From positions 1 to 36,610 of IMG/VR virus record IMGVR_UViG_3300012147_000038: a DNA stretch of 36,610 bases. The stretch is one strand, 5' to 3'. The position numbers and the translations under genes were made by a program. This DNA comes from a virus. Lineage: Duplodnaviria; Caudoviricetes. Under the pieces are notes generated by a model that had not been told where the DNA came from, ran no database searches, and saw only the letters and a list, made by a program, of their open reading frames with translations. Shown here one piece after another: positions 29,169 through 34,141 of this stretch (positions are counted from its first letter, which is position 1; each line of letters begins with the position of its first letter).

Positions 29169-29243
29169 TGTCAAAGACCAGAATCGAACTGGCGTAACCT
29201 ATTTCACAGATAGACCGCATTTCCAATTATGCGCACAATGACC
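29169..29243 (-). tRNA. tRNA-His(GTG)
   Basis: CTAT-CTGTGAA-ATAG; encoded G-1. Confidence 0.85.
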
Positions 29244-29250
29244 ATGTTAG

Positions 29251-29322
29251 TTAGGGATGGTGGTATCAATCCACCTTCTTCTGGCTCAAAACCAGATGTA
29301 ATAGTCAGTATACTAATCCCCA
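29251..29322 (-). tRNA. tRNA-Gln(TTG)
   Basis: TCTGG-TTTTGAG-CCAGA; atypical T-loop ATTGATA. Confidence 0.8.
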
Positions 29323-29363
29323 AGATAAGCTTATTGACTAATATTGTCGATTATAAGCTTTTG

Positions 29364-29438
29364 TACTACCGACGAGACTCGAACTCGCATTGCACACCTT
29401 GAAAGGGTGGATTCCTATTCCGTTTAGAAGACGGTAGC
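29364..29438 (-). tRNA. tRNA-Glu(TTC)
   Basis: CACC-CTTTCAA-GGTG, canonical T arm. Confidence 0.9.
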
Positions 29439-29484
29439 AAATACACTTCATCGTTATGGCGATTATAGTGTTAACTTAACTTCG

Positions 29485-29557
29485 TCGGGTAGGTAGGACT
29501 CGAACCTACATTCTCCGGCTTCCAAGGCCGGCACGTATCCAATTTTGTCACAACCCG
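29485..29557 (-). tRNA. tRNA-Pro(TGG)
   Basis: CCGGC-CTTGGAA-GCCGG, C1-G72, A73. Confidence 0.92.
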
Positions 29558-29570
29558 ATTGTATTAAATG

Positions 29571-29603
29571 AAAAAAGCCCTCCGAAATTAATCGGAAGGC
29601 TTT
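29571..29603 (-). terminator. Attenuator terminator of tRNA operon C
   Basis: AAAGCCTTCCGA-TTAATT-TCGGAGGGCTTTTTT just upstream of tRNA-Pro. Confidence 0.88.
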
Positions 29604-29628
29604 AGTTTATTATACTAGCTATGGATCG

Positions 29629-29721
29629 TTACTCAAACAATTCCTCACTACCAAACATACTAACTCCTCCCGAGATTCTCGGTTGTTCTAAGAGTTGTGT
29701 ATGTAAGCGTGTTGTTTTCAT
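29629..29721 (-). CDS. Leader peptide C (30 aa) MKTTRLHTQLLEQPRISGGVSMFGSEELFE
   Basis: Hand-translated; lies between promoter and terminator; R/L/H/Q/E/P run matches downstream tRNAs. Confidence 0.8.
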   Translation of the reverse strand: MKTTRLHTQLLEQPRISGGVSMFGSEELFE

Positions 29722-29727
29722 AATAAT

Positions 29728-29758
29728 CAAATATACAAAAAATAATCGTTACTTCAAA
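29728..29758 (-). promoter_or_regulatory. Bacteroidota housekeeping-sigma promoter
   Basis: TTTG (29755-29758) N19 TATATTTG (29728-29735). Confidence 0.85.
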
Positions 29759-29781
29759 ACTTTAAGTAACTTATTTTTAAA

Positions 29782-30117
29782 TTATCTTTTCTTTCTACCG
29801 TTAAAAGTCATTCTTTTACCTACCGATTTATCTCCGGCACTACCGATATTGTAAATTCCCCTAGCCTTACGAGCAGAGGGTATAGTATCTTTTTTAGCTT
29901 GTCTGGCCATGTGTTGAGCTTCGGACTCCCCACGTTTGTTAGCCGGTGACTTACCACTAAAGAAATTTGCCATAGAAGCTTTGGACGTAGCTTTTTCAAA
30001 CTCCGTACCGTACATCTGTGTTGCGTAGTAAGGACTTATAGTCTTACTCTCTTTTTTTTCTTTGCCATTACCCTTACCCTTACCCTTAGTTTTAGGGTCT
30101 GTTTTTTTTCTTGCCAT
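29782..30117 (-). CDS. Small basic hypothetical protein
   Basis: 111 aa, K/R-rich, own TATATTTG promoter at 30144-30151. Confidence 0.65.
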   Translation of the reverse strand: MARKKTDPKTKGKGKGNGKEKKESKTISPYYATQMYGTEFEKATSKASMANFFSGKSPANKRGESEAQHMARQAKKDTIPSARKARGIYNIGSAGDKSVGKRMTFNGRKKR

Positions 30118-30184
30118 TATATCACTGTTTTAACGTTAAGTAACAAATATACAAAAAAAATAAGGGGGCCACTACGACCCATTG

Positions 30185-30256
30185 AATCCAAGACAGGAAT
30201 TGAACCCGTATAGCGCAGCTTTGCAGGCAGGCCCCCTCTCCGTCAGGTTCTTGGAC
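30185..30256 (-). tRNA. tRNA-Cys(GCA)
   Basis: Loop CTGCAAA, U73; weak anticodon stem. Confidence 0.8.
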
Positions 30257-30263
30257 ATAATTG

Positions 30264-30337
30264 TTCGGCAGGTGGGAATCGAACCTCACTCCTTTCGCTT
30301 TTCAAACGAACGCTTCTACCAAGTTAGCTTCTCCCGA
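30264..30337 (-). tRNA. tRNA-Phe(GAA)
   Basis: TTCGT-TTGAAAA-GCGAA. Confidence 0.85.
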
Positions 30338-30344
30338 GTATTTG

Positions 30345-30412
30345 CACACGCCCAAAGAGTCGAACTCTGTTCTAAGGGGTTGGAATCCTCTTGCCTCCAC
30401 AGGCTGACATGC
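30345..30412 (-). tRNA. tRNA-Trp(CCA); alternative register Gly(TCC)
   Basis: GAGGA-TTCCAAC-CCCTT; G73 favours Trp; very short D arm. Confidence 0.7.
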
Positions 30413-30466
30413 ATGTAAAATAATTTCCAGTATATGGCCTTTTATGCTAAATACTTTCCATTATAG

Positions 30467-30551
30467 CGATTAGGGTAGGATTCGAACCTACGATGGGATT
30501 TCTCCATTGGCTTAACAGGCCAGACCGTTCGGCCACTACGGCAACCTAATC
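30467..30551 (-). tRNA. tRNA-Asn(GTT) with long variable arm
   Basis: TGGC-CTGTTAA-GCCA, G73, extra ATGGAGAAATCCCAT hairpin. Confidence 0.85.
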
Positions 30552-30556
30552 GTTAG

Positions 30557-30640
30557 AAGAGGGCAACGGACTTGAACCGTAAGGGATTAACCTCAACACG
30601 TTTAGCAAACGGTTCCGGACACCTACCCGGTTTACTCTCT
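30557..30640 (-). tRNA. tRNA-Ser(GCT)
   Basis: CGT-TTGCTAA-ACG, long variable arm. Confidence 0.82.
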
Positions 30641-30677
30641 ATGCTGTAACTAATTTATGCTACTTTAGTTACATTGT

Positions 30678-30766
30678 TGGAAGAGGATAAAGGAATCCAA
30701 CCCTCACCAGATACTATCCGATGGCCTGGGGTTCAAACCCAGTTCGTACGCAGTACGCTATCCTCC
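30678..30766 (-). tRNA. tRNA-Ser(TGA)
   Basis: CTGGG-TTTGAAC-CCCAG, long variable arm, encoded CCA, atypical T-loop TTGGATT. Confidence 0.82.
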
Positions 30767-30771
30767 ATGTG

Positions 30772-30854
30772 TGGGTAAAGGTGGACTCGAACCACTCCTC
30801 CTAAGAGACCAGATTTACAGTCTGGCTGCTATATCCGAATAGCTTTCTCAACCC
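30772..30854 (-). tRNA. tRNA-Tyr(GTA)
   Basis: CCAGA-CTGTAAA-TCTGG, extended variable arm. Confidence 0.88.
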
Positions 30855-30864
30855 ATTATAAAAC

Positions 30865-30895
30865 AAAAAACCCCTCGCTTGGGGAACGAAGGGTT
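30865..30895 (-). terminator. Attenuator terminator of tRNA operon B
   Basis: AACCCTTCGTT-CCCCA-AGCGAGGGGTTTTTT just upstream of tRNA-Tyr. Confidence 0.88.
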
Positions 30896-30935
30896 ATTCA
30901 ATCAAAATCAAAAATCAAAATTATGAGTTTATAGA

Positions 30936-31016
30936 TTAAGTGCATAAGTTACTCCCTTCGTGCCTGTTATTACAGAACGAATACCAAAAGGAATTATATG
31001 TACTTAATGTTTTCAT
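30936..31016 (-). CDS. Leader peptide B (26 aa) MKTLSTYNSFWYSFCNNRHEGSNLCT
   Basis: Hand-translated; 11 consecutive Y/N/S/F/W/C codons match downstream tRNAs. Confidence 0.85.
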   Translation of the reverse strand: MKTLSTYNSFWYSFCNNRHEGSNLCT

Positions 31017-31020
31017 ATTG

Positions 31021-31051
31021 CTAATATACAACTTTTTTTGTTATCTACAAA
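31021..31051 (-). promoter_or_regulatory. Bacteroidota-type promoter
   Basis: TTTG (31048-31051) N19 TATATTAG (31021-31028); a second TATATTTG box at 31086-31093. Confidence 0.7.
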
Positions 31052-31111
31052 CTTTATAGGTAATTATTTTTTTTTCTGCCATAAGCAAATATAGTAAAAA
31101 AAGTAAAAGGT

Positions 31112-31170
31112 AAAAAGGCCGACACTAAATATTCTATAGAGAGAGTGAGGAGTTGGGTGTTGCCGGCCTT
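31112..31170 (-). terminator. Probable terminator closing tRNA operon A
   Basis: AAGGCCGGCAACAC...GTGTCGGCCTTTTT long hairpin plus U-tract. Confidence 0.55.
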
Positions 31171-31183
31171 ACGGAAAGAGTAG

Positions 31184-31253
31184 TCGGAGTGTGGGGAATC
31201 GAACCCGCATCCACAGAGATATAAGCTCTGATAGCATACCTACGCTCACTCCA
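31184..31253 (-). tRNA. tRNA-Ile(TAT)
   Basis: CAGAG-CTTATAT-CTCTG, GGTTCGATTCC, compact D arm. Confidence 0.78.
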
Positions 31254-31270
31254 ATATAATATAAATTTAG

Positions 31271-31350
31271 TACCTGTCTAGGGACTCGAACCCCAATTCA
31301 CAACTCCGATTACGATTACCAATTTAGAAAAATGGCTCGGTTACACAGGC
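31271..31350 (-). ncRNA. Non-canonical tRNA-like RNA with TCT (Arg) loop and no normal D arm
   Basis: Acceptor GCCTGT/ACAGGT-A and canonical T arm; interior CCATT-TTTCTAA-ATTGG nested inside CCGA/TCGG. Confidence 0.6.
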
Positions 31351-31356
31351 ATGTTG

Positions 31357-31429
31357 TATCTCTGGATGGAATCGAACCACCGTCTCTTGCTTGTAACACA
31401 AGGGCCTTAAACCACTAGACGACAGAGAT
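31357..31429 (-). tRNA. tRNA-Val(TAC)
   Basis: CTTGT-GTTACAA-GCAAG; unusual G32. Confidence 0.88.
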
Positions 31430-31518
31430 ATAAAGGCCACTACTAAAGCAGCGACCTCTGCAAAAGACTTACTCTGGGACACTTCAAGACTTCACGAGAG
31501 GTATAGTAAGTACTGTTG

Positions 31519-31592
31519 AGCATTTTACAGGAGTCGAACCCGTATTCTCTACATTACAAGTGTAGTGCCATTTCCTATTCAGCCAAAAATGC
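31519..31592 (-). tRNA. tRNA-Thr(TGT)
   Basis: CTACA-CTTGTAA-TGTAG. Confidence 0.9.
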
Positions 31593-31597
31593 ATAAG

Positions 31598-31672
31598 CGG
31601 TACTAAGGGGAGTTGAACCCCAAATTTTAACCGAGTGACAGTCGGTTTCCTCTCCAAGAGGCCCATAATACC
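31598..31672 (-). tRNA. tRNA-Asp(GTC)
   Basis: ACCGA-CTGTCAC-TCGGT, G73. Confidence 0.88.
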
Positions 31673-31704
31673 AGATAGTAGATTTCAGTTCTACTGGACT
31701 GTAT

Positions 31705-31780
31705 TGGTAGCAGCGACGGGAATCGAACCCGTGTCTTTGGCTTATGAGACCAAGCTGGAACCTCTCCAGTCTACGCTGCG
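31705..31780 (-). tRNA. tRNA-Met(CAT), initiator-like
   Basis: TTGGT-CTCATAA-GCCAA, C1-T72 mismatch, encoded ACCA. Confidence 0.85.
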
Positions 31781-31783
31781 ATT

Positions 31784-32269
31784 TTAATTGTTTAAAATAT
31801 AATTTAATGTTCCTTTACTAGAAATATTAAATTTTTCCATAGTCTTTCTATAAGACCTATTAATTTTATGAAACTCCTTAACGCTTTTTTGGTCGTATTT
31901 CCTGACAAAAGAAGTTGCATATAATGACTTTTTTATTCTATCCTTCTTAGGAATATCCATCATGTTATCGGAGGCAGACCCTATTAAAATATTGTCCCTA
32001 GAGTTATTCTCGGAATCACCATCTAAGTGTCTAACTAATATACCTTCTTCAAAAATCTTGTTTCCATATTTTTGAAAAGCTTGAAGTCTATGGATAAAAA
32101 TTCTCGTTACCTTATCGTCGAACCTCATATTAAAACTAAGATACCCCTTACTATTCTTAGATAAGGAGAGTTCAGCCACTCTAACACCTCTAACTGAGCC
32201 ATCTAAAGTAACTCTATAACCTCTGTCGTAAGCTTCTATAATTAAAAGCGTTTGTTTATTTTCTTTCAT
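31784..32269 (-). CDS. HNH homing endonuclease
   Basis: IHRLQAF...VRHLDGDSENNSRDNI; start moved to ATG 32269 because MLYICT spans the promoter TATATTTG at 32274-32281. Confidence 0.85.
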   Translation of the reverse strand: MKENKQTLLIIEAYDRGYRVTLDGSVRGVRVAELSLSKNSKGYLSFNMRFDDKVTRIFIHRLQAFQKYGNKIFEEGILVRHLDGDSENNSRDNILIGSASDNMMDIPKKDRIKKSLYATSFVRKYDQKSVKEFHKINRSYRKTMEKFNISSKGTLNYILNN

Positions 32270-32324
32270 AGTACAAATATACAACAATTTTTCGAACTAT
32301 GCAAGGAGTTACTTTATAATATTG

Positions 32325-32397
32325 AGCAAAATGTGGGAATCGAACCCCGTCTACGCATTGGAAGTGCGTCGCTTTGAGCCATTAAGCTACATCTTGC
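32325..32397 (-). tRNA. tRNA-Gly(TCC)
   Basis: ACGCA-CTTCCAA-TGCGT, U73. Confidence 0.9.
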
Positions 32398-32686
32398 ATG
32401 GAGGCTCTCTTTTAAAGTTGAAAGCAGTAAACGCTCTTTTGTTGAGGTAGTAGGATTTGAACCTACGAATCGTTCCCTTATCAGGGGAGTGCCTTAACCG
32501 GACTTGGCCACACCTCAATATTAAAGCCTCTTCGATTTCTCTTTTAGAGACTTTGTTTCTTATTTTCCTTCTGTCTTCGTTGGTGCAATATTCACACCTA
32601 CACTTGTAACGTACATTAAGGTCTTTTAAAGGATTACCTTCTTTAAAGACATTACCTTTTTTATCTTTTCTCAAGGTTCTGCTCAT
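32387..32686 (-). CDS. Small basic CxCxxC protein whose frame runs through tRNA-Ile
   Basis: MSRTLRK...YKCRCEYC; the first ~56 codons lie in the tRNA spacer. Confidence 0.5.
   Translation of the reverse strand: MSRTLRKDKKGNVFKEGNPLKDLNVRYKCRCEYCTNEDRRKIRNKVSKREIEEALILRCGQVRLRHSPDKGTIRRFKSYYLNKRAFTAFNFKREPPCKM
32442..32517 (-). tRNA. tRNA-Ile(GAT)
   Basis: TCCC-CTGATAA-GGGA, A73. Confidence 0.9.
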
Positions 32687-32705
32687 AACATAGTTTCAAT
32701 TTTAG

Positions 32706-32776
32706 TACCCCTAGAAGGTATTGAGCCTTCTTCCACGGTTTAAAAGACCGTTGCATCACCTTAATGCTTTAAGGGC
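32706..32776 (-). tRNA. tRNA-Lys(TTT)
   Basis: ACGGT-CTTTTAA-ACCGT; atypical T-loop CTCAATA. Confidence 0.85.
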
Positions 32777-32797
32777 ATATAAGTATGAAAGGTTATT

Positions 32798-32875
32798 TGG
32801 TGGAAGTCACGGGTATCGAACCCGTCTCACTCTGATTGCAAATCAAAGTCGCCTTGCCTTGGTTCATGCACCCCC
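32798..32875 (-). tRNA. tRNA-Ala(TGC)
   Basis: TTTGA-TTTGCAA-TCAGA, G3-U70, encoded ACCA. Confidence 0.88.
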
Positions 32876-32877
32876 AT

Positions 32878-32907
32878 AAAAAAACCCTCCTTATTAGGGG
32901 AGGGTTT
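32878..32907 (-). terminator. Attenuator terminator of tRNA operon A
   Basis: AAACCCTCC-CCTAATAA-GGAGGGTTTTTTT ending 2 nt before tRNA-Ala. Confidence 0.88.
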
Positions 32908-32933
32908 GTGTTGTAATTAATGTACTATTAACA

Positions 32934-33011
32934 TTACAGCATATAAATCCCTCCCAAGAGCTTCCCGCCCTTAGTTCTGATATCCGTCGCTATGTCTATA
33001 ATTGTGTACAC
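32934..33011 (-). CDS. Leader peptide A (25 aa, GTG start) MYTIIDIATDIRTKGGKLLGGIYML
   Basis: Hand-translated; 15 consecutive T/I/D/A/R/K/G codons match downstream tRNAs. Confidence 0.75.
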   Translation of the reverse strand: MYTIIDIATDIRTKGGKLLGGIYML

Positions 33012-33053
33012 TGAAAATATTCTTTATTTAATGGTTAATATTACTGTCGGTTA

Positions 33054-33085
33054 CAAATATAAGTAAAATAACCATACAAAACAAA
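33054..33085 (-). promoter_or_regulatory. Bacteroidota housekeeping-sigma promoter
   Basis: TTTG (33082-33085) N20 TATATTTG (33054-33061). Confidence 0.85.
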
Positions 33086-33106
33086 TTATATTCAACTTTT
33101 TTTAAA

Positions 33107-33256
33107 TTAAATATCTTTACCCGTCTTCTTTTCTATTTTTTCCTCTACTTTATCTGAAATAAAGTTGAAAAGGGATTGTAAATTCTTGTTGTTTTTTAAA
33201 ACTAAGGCGAAAATAATGGCCCCTAAAACTGCTCCTGAAATAAATGTTAAAATCAT
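33107..33256 (-). CDS. Small membrane protein (49 aa)
   Basis: Hand-translated MILTFISGAVLGAIIFALVLKNNK...; TATATTTG at 33281-33288. Confidence 0.65.
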   Translation of the reverse strand: MILTFISGAVLGAIIFALVLKNNKNLQSLFNFISDKVEEKIEKKTGKDI

Positions 33257-33793
33257 GTGTATATTTTTAAAAGTTAGATACAAATATAGGTAAAAAAATC
33301 CAGTAAAAAGTTTGTCACCACTAAAAAATGTTAAAAATTACATATTTTTGCACTAACTTGTAGAGGTATTTCACTCAAACGGTTTTAAGTCATAGTATAA
33401 TCCGGGGCCTCCGAGCCGAGAAGCAAATCGCTTTTATTTTCGGGGCCGGGCCGTCCGTTTTACGTTTTTCTGCCAAAATTTTTAGCTTTTTTATATGACT
33501 TATGTGTCTGATATTCAGCATACTATGGGTTATAATTGATACCCCCATACTTCAATTTTTTGTAGCTGGTTTTGCCCCGTTTAAAGTATGTTGAACAGGT
33601 GTTTGACAAATGTTATGTGGCTTATGTATCCATTAACTATAGCTTTTGCCTATCCTGAGTTATTGCATGATAGATTTTGTCTATGATGGATGTCCTCTCG
33701 TATCACCGCCACAACTATAAATTTTACCTATCATATACTTTGCCTATCGTTGTTGCCATAACTATAGATTTTGTCTATGATGCCATTGCCCGG

Positions 33794-33840
33794 TATGTGC
33801 TACCTGATATGTGCTACCTGATACGTGCTACCTGATACGT
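33794..33840. repeat. 14-bp tandem repeat x3
   Basis: TAYGTGCTACCTGA at 33794, 33808 and 33822. Confidence 0.9.
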
Positions 33841-33979
33841 TTAACCCGCTTGCTAGTATGGTACGCCCGTGCGCACATACGCCCGCGTGCGCTAATACCT
33901 ATAGTAGCCCACCGATTACCGTTTATCGGATTTTTGTGCATTTCGTCGAATAAATTGTTTAAAATCCTTTTATGTATTG

Positions 33980-33987
33980 TATATTTG
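33980..33987 (+). promoter_or_regulatory. Plus-strand (early-type) promoter -7 box
   Basis: TATATTTG; near-duplicate context with TATGTTTG at 34222-34229. Confidence 0.65.
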
Positions 33988-34024
33988 TAGAGCCGATAGG
34001 CATACGTTCTTTATCATGTTTGTT

Positions 34025-34141
34025 TCTTTATTTGTCCCGGTGTATGGATACCTAGTATGTGTCCCGGTGTATGAGTAACTTTGAAATCTTTATTTGTCCC
34101 GGTGTATGGATACCTAGTATGTGTCCCGGTGTATGAGTAAC
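34025..34141. repeat. 55-bp direct repeat x2, each containing two TGTCCCGGTGTATG units
   Basis: 34025-34079 is identical to 34087-34141. Confidence 0.92.

Noticed and set aside
29621-29854. 77-aa plus-strand ORF
   Set aside because: Antisense to leader C, its promoter and the 111-aa gene
30182-30418. 78-aa plus-strand ORF
   Set aside because: Antisense to tRNA-Cys/Phe/Trp
31041-31082. 13-aa ORF MAEKKIITYKVCR after the promoter box at 31086
   Set aside because: Very short, overlaps the next promoter, and has no linked terminator or codon match; insufficient support
31484-31666. 60-aa ORF
   Set aside because: Overlaps tRNA-Thr and tRNA-Asp
28917-32875. Stop-codon reassignment or suppressor tRNAs as in some crAss-like phages
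   Set aside because: No CTA, TTA or TCA anticodon found, and long ORFs are intact in the standard code
29571-33085. T-box riboswitch as the tRNA-operon regulator
   Set aside because: No UGGNACC T-box bulge or stem I seen; the codon-matched ORFs explain the layout better
34025-34141. Possible mini-CRISPR
   Set aside because: The intervening sequences are short and themselves duplicated, so they are not unique spacers
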